Shown piece after piece: positions 56,328-64,000 of a DNA stretch of 64,000 nucleotides (the first letter of the stretch is position 1; each line of letters starts with the position of its first letter). Source of the DNA: Nitrososphaeria archaeon. Lineage in GTDB: Archaea > Thermoproteota > Nitrososphaeria > Geothermarchaeales > JDFR-13. A model generated the notes under the pieces. It was not told the DNA's origin. It ran no database searches and saw nothing but the letters and a program-made list of their open reading frames with translations. The stretch is taken from NCBI GenBank assembly GCA_027078545.1, contig JALWXN010000004.1, positions 384,001 through 448,000 of the forward strand, read 5' to 3'. The translations under genes were made by a program, and so were the position numbers.

Positions 56328-57472
56328 GCTATGACATGCATAGGTATTTGACAGACCCGTTCCAGGAGATCGAGGAGCTGGGTGGCGGCCTCTTCAAGCT
56401 TAATATTGGGCCGCAGCACCCGATAAGTGGCCAGGGCCGCTTCATAGTCCTCACCGACGGCGAGATCGTCTATGATATCGAGGTGGATATCGGGTATAGC
56501 CATAGGGGGATCGAGAAGATACTCGAGTATAAGAACTATATCCAGGCGGTCGTCCCCCTAGAGAGGATGGTTATGCTGGACACCTCCAACATCCTGATGG
56601 GCTTCGTCAGGGCTGTGGAGGATCTCTATGGAATCGAGCCCCCGCCCCGGGCCAAGTATATAAGGACGATCATAAACGAGCTCAACAGGATCTCTAGCCA
56701 TCTATATGCCCTGGGCCTATTCGCAGAGTCTGCCGGCTGGAACCCGGCGGTATTCATCTGGACGACTGTTGATCGTGAGCCCATACTAGACATCCTTGAG
56801 ATGATTACTGGAGCTAGGTGGAGCCACTCATTCTTCATACCAGGTGGGGTCAGGGCCGACCTACCCCGTGGGGTGAAGGAGAGGATCCTCGACACGATGG
56901 ACTATCTCGAGAGGAGGCTCGAGGTCTATGAGGATGCCTGGATATATAACGAGACCTTCAGGATGAGGACCGAGGGTGTTGGTATACTCCCCCGTGACAA
57001 GGCTCTTGAGTGGGGTGCCGCCGGCCCCAGCCTGAGGGCATCGGGCGTAAAGTATGATACACGCCTCAACGAGCCCTACTCCGCCTATCCCGAGCTGGAC
57101 TTCAGGATAGTGACCCATACCGCCGGGGACTCCTATGCCCGTGGATGGGTCAGGTTTGAGGAGATCAAGGTGAGTATAGACCTGGTTAGGCAGGCCATAG
57201 AGAATATTCCTGAGGGCCCTGTTAAGAAGGCCCTCCCACCCAGGCCTGTGAAGGAGGAGACCCTGGCCAGGGCTGAGACGGCTAGGGGTGAGATAAACTT
57301 TTATATCTATACCGAGGGGAGGGATAAGCCCTATAGGGTGAAGATAAGCCCAGCCAGCTTCCGCAACTTCTTCGTCATTGAGCAGATGCCCAAGATACAG
57401 GAGATCAAGCTAGCTGATGTGCCTCCACTCATATATAGCTTTGATCCCTGGTTCCTAGACGCCGATAGGTGA
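56324..57472 (+). CDS. nuoD: Complex I-like subunit D (no NiFe-binding cysteines)
   Basis: GPQHP, GYSHRGIEK, ELNRISSHL, ETARGE, D..DR C-terminus. Confidence 0.93.
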   Translation: MSYDMHRYLTDPFQEIEELGGGLFKLNIGPQHPISGQGRFIVLTDGEIVYDIEVDIGYSHRGIEKILEYKNYIQAVVPLERMVMLDTSNILMGFVRAVEDLYGIEPPPRAKYIRTIINELNRISSHLYALGLFAESAGWNPAVFIWTTVDREPILDILEMITGARWSHSFFIPGGVRADLPRGVKERILDTMDYLERRLEVYEDAWIYNETFRMRTEGVGILPRDKALEWGAAGPSLRASGVKYDTRLNEPYSAYPELDFRIVTHTAGDSYARGWVRFEEIKVSIDLVRQAIENIPEGPVKKALPPRPVKEETLARAETARGEINFYIYTEGRDKPYRVKISPASFRNFFVIEQMPKIQEIKLADVPPLIYSFDPWFLDADR

Positions 57473-58497
57473 TCACTATGATAGACCCGATCCTAGACTT
57501 CATATTCACGAATCTCGACCCCCTTATCAGGATCATCATCTACCCCGGGATCACCTTCATAATGCTCTTCACGATCTTCGCCGTCTGGTATCAGAGGAAG
57601 TTCCTGGCCAGGCTTATGCTTAGGATGGGCCCTGTCCATGCTGGTAAGTTCGCTGGCTGGCTACAGCTGATAGCCGACTCCCTGAAGCTCCTCACCAAGG
57701 AGATCATCTTCCCAGAGCATTCATACAAGAAGCTCTTCCTAATCTCTGCTATAACCCTCCCGGTAATACCTGCTGCAGCCATCGCACTGGTCCCCTTCGC
57801 ACCGGGCTACGCCATATTCAATGTGAGGGGCTATACCGGGATCCTCTTCCTAGCGATCATGAGTCTATACCCTATCTTCATAGTCCTTATGGGCTGGGCC
57901 TCGAACAACAAGTTCACATTGATCGGTGCGTTTAGGACTATCTACCTCGACGTGGCGGGTGAGATCCCCCTATTCCTAGCGGCTCTAGGCGTATTTGTAT
58001 GGGCCGGGACCTATGATCTCCAGGACATTGTTGCTCAGCAGGCCACTATGTGGTTCGTGATCCCCCAGTTCCTAGGGTTCCTAGTCTTCTTCATAAGCTA
58101 CTTCGCCATGATCGAGAAGGCCCCCCTAGACATACCTGAGGCGGAGACGGAGCTGGTCTTCGGCTATAGGACCGAGTATACCGGTGCGCTATTCCTAGAC
58201 ACTATGCTAGGCGACTATATCAATGTTCTGGCCTGGGGCCTCATGATGATAACCCTGTACTTCGGCGGTTATAACGGCCCAGCCATATTTGCTGATCCGG
58301 TGCTTAACGGTGCCTTCTGGATCCTGTTTAAACTTATTATACTACTGGCTATTACCTATACGGTCATAATATCCTACGCTAGGCTTAGGATCGACCAGGC
58401 TATCAGGCTGGGGTGGTACTATTTAATACCCCTGGCCCTGCTTAATCTAATCATAACCGTGATATTGAAGTATGTAGTGTTGGAGGGAGGAGTATGA
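57469..58497 (+). CDS. nuoH: Complex I-like subunit H
   Basis: R.GP, LQ.IADSLKL..KE, PLDIPEAETELV.G. Confidence 0.95.
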   Translation: MITMIDPILDFIFTNLDPLIRIIIYPGITFIMLFTIFAVWYQRKFLARLMLRMGPVHAGKFAGWLQLIADSLKLLTKEIIFPEHSYKKLFLISAITLPVIPAAAIALVPFAPGYAIFNVRGYTGILFLAIMSLYPIFIVLMGWASNNKFTLIGAFRTIYLDVAGEIPLFLAALGVFVWAGTYDLQDIVAQQATMWFVIPQFLGFLVFFISYFAMIEKAPLDIPEAETELVFGYRTEYTGALFLDTMLGDYINVLAWGLMMITLYFGGYNGPAIFADPVLNGAFWILFKLIILLAITYTVIISYARLRIDQAIRLGWYYLIPLALLNLIITVILKYVVLEGGV

Positions 58498-58970
58498 AGA
58501 AGAGGGGGTTTGTATCGAGGGTTGTGAAGCCCTTCCTAACCGTGCTTAGGCACGCGGCGTATAGCCCCGCTACCCATAAATATCCATATGAGAGGCTTGA
58601 GGGCTTCCCCCGTACACGTGGCAGGATAGTTCTGAAGATGGATGAGTGTATAGGGTGTGGCGCCTGTGGATACATATGTCCAGACCTAGCCATCATGATG
58701 AAGCCTGTCGAGGGTAGGGATCTCACCTACCCGGCTATAGACTTCCTGAAGTGTAGCTTCTGCGGCCTATGCGTAGAGATATGTCCCAGGGACGCCCTGG
58801 AGATGCAGCCGGTCGTTGAGCTGGGTAGTAGTGAGTATAGGGATCTGACCTACTACCCAGAGAGGATGACCCAGCCAGAGGACATTAAGAAGCTCCTCCC
58901 AGAGCTGAAGTATATGCTGACCCCCGTCGCCTCTAAGGATGGCCTTAAGTATATCAGGAGGAGGGTCTAG
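58494..58970 (+). CDS. nuoI: Complex I-like subunit I
   Basis: CIGCGACGYICP, CSFCGLCVEICP. Confidence 0.95.
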   Translation: MKKRGFVSRVVKPFLTVLRHAAYSPATHKYPYERLEGFPRTRGRIVLKMDECIGCGACGYICPDLAIMMKPVEGRDLTYPAIDFLKCSFCGLCVEICPRDALEMQPVVELGSSEYRDLTYYPERMTQPEDIKKLLPELKYMLTPVASKDGLKYIRRRV

Positions 58971-59237
58971 TTGCAGGACCCCTTTATACTCACCCTCCTA
59001 GCTCTCGAGGCATTGATCATACTGCTCTCACTCTATGCGGCGGAGTCTAAGAACCTAGCCTACAGTATACTGTCCCTCCTGGCTGTCAGCGTAGTGGCTG
59101 CCGTGATATTCTTCATGCTGGGCGGGATCTTCCCGGCGGTGGTCCAGATAGCAGTCTTCTCCGGTGCTGTGATAATCATGTTCATCTTCGTCTTCATAAT
59201 GACGAGGGGAGGTGTGCCGGTAGATGCAAAGGATTGA
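58971..59237 (+). CDS. nuoJ: Complex I-like subunit J, N-terminal part
   Basis: AVVQIAVFSGAVIIMF. Confidence 0.85.
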   Translation: MQDPFILTLLALEALIILLSLYAAESKNLAYSILSLLAVSVVAAVIFFMLGGIFPAVVQIAVFSGAVIIMFIFVFIMTRGGVPVDAKD

Positions 59238-59478
59238 CCCGGTTGTCAAGGCTGTCGGGATACTGGCGGGCATCATACTCGTGCTATGGTTCCTAGAGAT
59301 ACCTGTGGATGTCTTCGGCGGCTTGGTCACGATCTCTGTCGATCCTGGGGCGGCTGTCCAGGAGGCCACCCTCTACCTGTGGAGGGAGCGTCTGATAGAC
59401 ACTATTGTCCAGGGCGTCGTCATCGTGGCCGGCCTCCTAGGGGTATTGGCATATGTCCTATGGGGTGATAGGGAGTGA
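59224..59478 (+). CDS. Complex I-like subunit J C-terminal part (split J; MnhB-like WxxRxxDT)
   Basis: YLWRERLIDTIVQ; lies between nuoJ and nuoK. Confidence 0.65.
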   Translation: MQRIDPVVKAVGILAGIILVLWFLEIPVDVFGGLVTISVDPGAAVQEATLYLWRERLIDTIVQGVVIVAGLLGVLAYVLWGDRE

Positions 59479-59786
59479 TCATGGAGAGCCTACTATTCAC
59501 ATCCGCGGCGCTGGTGGCTATAGGCCTCTACATGGTCTCGACGAAGAGGAACCTCATGAAGATAGTTATTGGCCTAGAGATCCTAGCAACGGGTGTGAAC
59601 CTAAGCTTCATAGCCATGGGGTTCATCAGGACTGGTGGCCTGACGGACCCCCTTCCCCAGGCCATCGTGGTTACAGCTATCGTCCTTGACGGTGTCTTGG
59701 TTGGTGTAGCCCTAGCCCTTACCCTCGTGGTCTTCCGCCGTTTCAAGACGCTCGATGTTGATAGGCTTCGTAACCTGAGGTGGTAG
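59475..59786 (+). CDS. nuoK: Complex I-like subunit K
   Basis: IGLY...RNLMK..IGLEI. Confidence 0.9.
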   Translation: MIMESLLFTSAALVAIGLYMVSTKRNLMKIVIGLEILATGVNLSFIAMGFIRTGGLTDPLPQAIVVTAIVLDGVLVGVALALTLVVFRRFKTLDVDRLRNLRW

Positions 59787-59789
59787 GCG

Positions 59790-61838
59790 ATGGCGCTCCT
59801 GGCGCTCCTCCCATGGGTATTCCCATTTATCGTGGCGGCCACACTCCCCCTGGTCGCGAAGCTGGGTGGGAAGGCTAGGGACTGGTACGCAGTATCTGGT
59901 GGCCTGGTATCTGGGCTATCATCACTATTGATAGGTATAGACTCCTTCGACGGTAGGCTGGACTACCTCGGCGGGGCTAAGATGCCCTACGACCTTGTCC
60001 TGGCGGAGTGGATACCTGTAGATGGGTACCGCGTCACCTTCGGAGTCCTACTCGATAGTCTAAGCATATTCATGGCGAACGTCGTGGCACTGATAGGGAC
60101 GCTCATACTGATCTACTCAGTAGAGTATATGCATGGGGACGAGGGGATACTCCGTTACTGGATGCTTATGAATATCTTCATAGGCTCTATGCAGGTCCTC
60201 GTCCTAGGCGACTCCCTCCTCGCCATGTTCTTCGGCTGGGAGGGCGTGGGCTTCGCTAGCTATGGCTTGATAGGCTACTACTATAGGGATGAGAAGGAGT
60301 ATTGGATCGGCCCCTACCCCCCTACCCACGCCGGTATGAAGGCCTTCATAACCACTAGGATTGGTGATGTAGGCCTCCTAGTAGCCACTATAGTCATATT
60401 CCTAACCTCTGGGACGATGAACTTCCTAGACCTGGCTAGTGAGCCTGGATGGGCCGCTGAGCTGGCTAGGTCCGGTGTACTGGCAGCTACACTCCTCCTA
60501 GCACTTCTAGGGCCTATAGGGAAGTCTGCCCAGTTCCCCCTACACGAGTGGCTCCCCGAGGCTATGGCTGGACCCACGCCTGTAAGTGCATTGATACATG
60601 CTGCCACGATGGTTAAGGCCGGTGTATACTTCCTAGCCAGGTTCACCGGGATCCTCTACGAGGTCTACTGGGCCCTCGAGGAGGTCGGTGTGAGTATATG
60701 GGGTGAGCTCAGCCTATTCTACACAGCAGTGGCGTTTGTAGGTGCCTTCACAGCCTTCCTCGCCGCGAGCCAGGGTATGGTGTCGGACCAGATTAAGAAG
60801 GTTCTGGCATACTCCACTGTGAGCCAGCTGGGCTATATGTTCGCCGCCTTCGGGATGGCTGGGCTGCTTATAGAGCATCCGAAGGCCTTCGCCGATGTAT
60901 ATGCAACTGGTATCTACCACCTGAGTAGCCACGCCATATTCAAGGCCCTACTATTCCTCTCGGCCGGTGTGGTTGGACACGCTGTCCATAGCTACCTCTT
61001 CAGGGATATGGGTGGGCTTAGGAGGTATATGCCCTTCACATACTCGGTAATGATGGTCGGCTCCCTCGCCCTTGCAGGTGTCCCGCCCTTCAACGGCTTC
61101 TGGAGTAAGGACGCGATTCTCCACGCTGCGTATGTGGAGGGCTTTGGATATGTATACCTAGTCCTCGCGGTATCGGCTATACTCACGGGTTTCTACACTT
61201 TCAGGATGATGGGCCTGGCCTTCCATGGGGAGGAGAGTAGCCATGTTAGGCATATGGTTGAGGAGGGCCACCCACCCCATGACCCTGGCCTATTGATGAA
61301 GGCTCCCCTAGCCATACTGGCTATTGCCACCGTTGTCTCGGGCTTCCTCCTACCGATGCTTGGGAGCTACTTCAAACCGCTATTCAAGTTTATGGGTGTC
61401 CCTGAGGAGGAGCTTCTAGGTATAAAGATATTCAAGTCTCCAGACTTCTTCATAGCAACCGTCTCCAGCCCACTCTTCCTAGTGGCTATGGGTATAGTGG
61501 CTATGGGCGTAATACCCTCATACATGATCTACCTAGCCGGTAGGTATGACCCTGCCAAGCTGGTCTCTGGGCCGCTCAAGCCTATATGGAGCTTCCTCTA
61601 CAACAGGTGGTATATCAACGCCCTCTACTACAAGGTCTTCGTCGATGGTGTCTATGCCCTTTCACGTGGCCTGTTTAACTACTTCGAGGTGACGGGTGGG
61701 GGTGAGGCGTTTAAACAGCTATACGTCTCCCTCTCAGAGGCTGCGAGGAAGATCCAGACCGGTTATCTGAGGATGAACATGTCGTATATGCTGCTCGCAC
61801 TGGTGCTGATGACTATTCTCTACATGGTGGTGGTGTAG
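59790..61838 (+). CDS. nuoL: Complex I-like subunit L
   Basis: WEGVG, KSAQFPLH.WLPEAMAGPTPVSALIHAATMV. Confidence 0.96.
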   Translation: MALLALLPWVFPFIVAATLPLVAKLGGKARDWYAVSGGLVSGLSSLLIGIDSFDGRLDYLGGAKMPYDLVLAEWIPVDGYRVTFGVLLDSLSIFMANVVALIGTLILIYSVEYMHGDEGILRYWMLMNIFIGSMQVLVLGDSLLAMFFGWEGVGFASYGLIGYYYRDEKEYWIGPYPPTHAGMKAFITTRIGDVGLLVATIVIFLTSGTMNFLDLASEPGWAAELARSGVLAATLLLALLGPIGKSAQFPLHEWLPEAMAGPTPVSALIHAATMVKAGVYFLARFTGILYEVYWALEEVGVSIWGELSLFYTAVAFVGAFTAFLAASQGMVSDQIKKVLAYSTVSQLGYMFAAFGMAGLLIEHPKAFADVYATGIYHLSSHAIFKALLFLSAGVVGHAVHSYLFRDMGGLRRYMPFTYSVMMVGSLALAGVPPFNGFWSKDAILHAAYVEGFGYVYLVLAVSAILTGFYTFRMMGLAFHGEESSHVRHMVEEGHPPHDPGLLMKAPLAILAIATVVSGFLLPMLGSYFKPLFKFMGVPEEELLGIKIFKSPDFFIATVSSPLFLVAMGIVAMGVIPSYMIYLAGRYDPAKLVSGPLKPIWSFLYNRWYINALYYKVFVDGVYALSRGLFNYFEVTGGGEAFKQLYVSLSEAARKIQTGYLRMNMSYMLLALVLMTILYMVVV

Positions 61839-61839
61839 G

Positions 61840-63336
61840 ATGCTGGTCTCACTATCACTCTATATACTCGTTATCGGGGCACTGGTTGCCTATCTAGCCG
61901 CTGAGAAGATGGGTGCGAAGACTGGCTACCTAGTCTTCGCGTTTATAGCGGCTGCACAGGGGATTACGCACTACGCATATGTCTATAGCAGGCCGTACAT
62001 AGAGAGGATCTCCTGGGTCGATATACCGGGCTTCATGGAGATGACCCTATTCTTCAAGGTCGATGGCATCGGCTTCGTCTTCGTCACGATAATAATGACG
62101 GTTACGGCCCTAGCCGCGATATACAGCGTGGGCTACATGGATCACGCCGAGAATATTAGGGTCTACTACCTAGCCTACCTGGTGTACGTGGCGGGGATGT
62201 ATGGAGCCATCGTCAGCTACAACCTGATCCAGTTCTTCTTCTTCTGGGAGCTGATGCTGATACCTAGCTACTACATGATCGCTGAGTGGGGCTATGGGGA
62301 TAGGAGGAGGGTCGCCTTTAAATACTTCCTCTATACCCAGCTGGGCAGTATCCTCCTGATCATAGCTATAGCTATACTGGGTGTCCTGAGTACTGAGAAG
62401 ATAGGTGTGCTCACCTTCGACCTAGACGCTCTCTACAGTATGGTGGGGAGTATAGACCTCGCTACCCAGAGGCTCCTCCTCTTCCTCATGCTCATAGGCT
62501 TCGGTGTCAAGATGGCTCTGGTCCCGCTGCATGGCTGGCTCCCGGAGGCCCATGCAGAGGCGCCTACACCTATAAGTGTCATATTGAGTGGTGTCATGAT
62601 AGAGATAGGTCTATACGGCCTGATCAGGTATACGATACCCTTCACTCTCGACGTCTGGGGCTCCGAGTTCTTCACTAACCTCCTCTTGGGCCTGGCACTC
62701 CTAACCCTGTTCTATGGTGGGTTGAACGCGTTGGTTCAGAGGGATGTTAAGAGGCTCCTGGCCTACAGTAGTATCAGCCAGATGGGCTATATGTTCCTCG
62801 GAGTAGCAGCCCTGAACTTCGTCTCGCTGGAGGGGGGTATCTACCATGTGTTTAGCCATGGACTCTTGAAGGCCCTCCTCTTCATGGTCGCGGGTGTAAT
62901 GATCCATGTAGTGGGTGTGAGGAGTCTTGACCAGCTGGGTGGCCTGGCCGGTAAGATGCCCTTGACAGCCTCACTAGCCATTATAGGGGCTATGGGTATT
63001 GCTGGGCTACCCGGTATAGCCGCCTTCATCAGCGAGTTCATGATCTTCGGGGGTGTCTGGGAGGCGAATACACCCTATAGACTAGCCTTCCTCTTCATAG
63101 CTGTCCTAGGCTCCGCCCTCTCCGCTGCATATATGACGGTCTTCATTAGGGAGATATTCTTCAGAGAGTTGCCGGAGGAGTTGGAGGGGGTTGGTGAGGC
63201 CCCGCTCACCATGCTTATACCCATGGCCGGCCTAGCATTACTCGCCATCGTCTTCGGGGTATATCCCAAGCCTCTACTAGACATCCTGGTGGCTGGTCTC
63301 GAGGAGTTCTTCGCCGCTATAGGGGGTGTAGCATAG
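61840..63336 (+). CDS. nuoM: Complex I-like subunit M
   Basis: FFFWE, PLHGWLPEAHAEAP, KRLLAYSS. Confidence 0.95.
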   Translation: MLVSLSLYILVIGALVAYLAAEKMGAKTGYLVFAFIAAAQGITHYAYVYSRPYIERISWVDIPGFMEMTLFFKVDGIGFVFVTIIMTVTALAAIYSVGYMDHAENIRVYYLAYLVYVAGMYGAIVSYNLIQFFFFWELMLIPSYYMIAEWGYGDRRRVAFKYFLYTQLGSILLIIAIAILGVLSTEKIGVLTFDLDALYSMVGSIDLATQRLLLFLMLIGFGVKMALVPLHGWLPEAHAEAPTPISVILSGVMIEIGLYGLIRYTIPFTLDVWGSEFFTNLLLGLALLTLFYGGLNALVQRDVKRLLAYSSISQMGYMFLGVAALNFVSLEGGIYHVFSHGLLKALLFMVAGVMIHVVGVRSLDQLGGLAGKMPLTASLAIIGAMGIAGLPGIAAFISEFMIFGGVWEANTPYRLAFLFIAVLGSALSAAYMTVFIREIFFRELPEELEGVGEAPLTMLIPMAGLALLAIVFGVYPKPLLDILVAGLEEFFAAIGGVA

Positions 63337-64000
63337 ATGATAATGGTTAACCCCGTCGTGGATATACTCTTGATATCGGGCTTGGCGGCCGTGATCGTCC
63401 CCCTGCTGGGTGGGCTGGTCAGGGCTGAGAAGAGGTTCCTAGGCCTGATAGGCGTCTTGGCGTATATAGCGTTGCTCGCCTATCTCCTACAGCCAGATGT
63501 CTGGGGCTCGGTCCATAGGTATGAGCCTTTCCAGGGCCTCTTCAGCAGCTCCCTCACCCTCGACGGGTTCAGCAAGTTCTTCATCCTGGTATTCACACTC
63601 CTGGCTATCCCGGTCTATCTACACTCCATAGACTATATGGCTAGGGATAGGAACCTAGTCCTATACTACACCCTGACAGGTATAATGATGTTTGGCCTCA
63701 TAGGCCTATCGATGGCTGACGACCTCTTCACATTCTTCGTCTTCTGGGAGGCCATGGCTATAAGTAGCTATGTCCTGGTCGGCTTCAGGTATCATCTGGA
63801 CGAGCCTGTGGAGGCGGCTGTGAAGTATCTCGTGATGAGTGGTGTGGCTAGCCTCCTAATGCTCTACGGCATAAGCATTATCTATGGCTTGGTGGGGAGT
63901 CTACGTATATCCGCCGTCGTGGCCTATCTACAGGGAGGTGTGGCTGGCCAGGCTATATATCCCGTCCTCCTCGCCGCTACACTACTATTCATAGGCTTCG
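63337..64000 (+). CDS. nuoN: Complex I-like subunit N, 3'-truncated by window edge
   Basis: ATG abuts the nuoM stop; DLFTFFVFWEAMAISSYVLVG...EAAVKYLVMSGVAS. Confidence 0.88.
   Translation, partial: MIMVNPVVDILLISGLAAVIVPLLGGLVRAEKRFLGLIGVLAYIALLAYLLQPDVWGSVHRYEPFQGLFSSSLTLDGFSKFFILVFTLLAIPVYLHSIDYMARDRNLVLYYTLTGIMMFGLIGLSMADDLFTFFVFWEAMAISSYVLVGFRYHLDEPVEAAVKYLVMSGVASLLMLYGISIIYGLVGSLRISAVVAYLQGGVAGQAIYPVLLAATLLFIGF

Noticed and set aside
55370-57472. Group 4 NiFe hydrogenase
   Set aside because: The large subunit lacks both CxxC nickel-binding motifs.

Overview
GC-rich, gene-dense archaeal chromosome segment, most likely from a thermophilic TACK/Thermoproteota lineage (inferred from rpS26e, thermosome, SUI1, archaeal TyrS/GlyS and BHB-intron tRNAs). 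It is mostly housekeeping: gap, pgk, gdhA, pyrE, polB, lig, tyrS, glyS, surE, hjc, lhr, and a complex-I-like operon that runs off the right edge. Four things stand out. (1) An AT-rich ~3.7-kb island (about 37320-41000) carries a RiPP-like cluster: an unannotated 39-aa precursor (MKYNPPEITSMDLLLAPLCLCNCNCGLLSGSGAGGGSAK), an ABC exporter, a radical SAM/SPASM maturase and a stand-alone PqqD/RRE protein. This is a probable archaeal sactipeptide-type system. (2) A ~490-nt intergenic element (33678-34168) has its own TATA box and folds on the + strand into a huge G-U-rich branched rod; I could not match it to RNase P or SRP RNA. (3) A short, apparently hingeless Smc5/6-like ATPase is followed by kleisin-like and kite-like genes and preceded by an MBL hydrolase. 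(4) A PolB with a dead proofreading domain is linked to a degenerate DHH protein and DNA ligase. Also present are a two-intron tRNA-Gln(CTG), an intron-containing tRNA-Thr(CGT) and several apparently degenerate enzyme paralogues. All family calls come from motif recognition by eye; no database searches were run.
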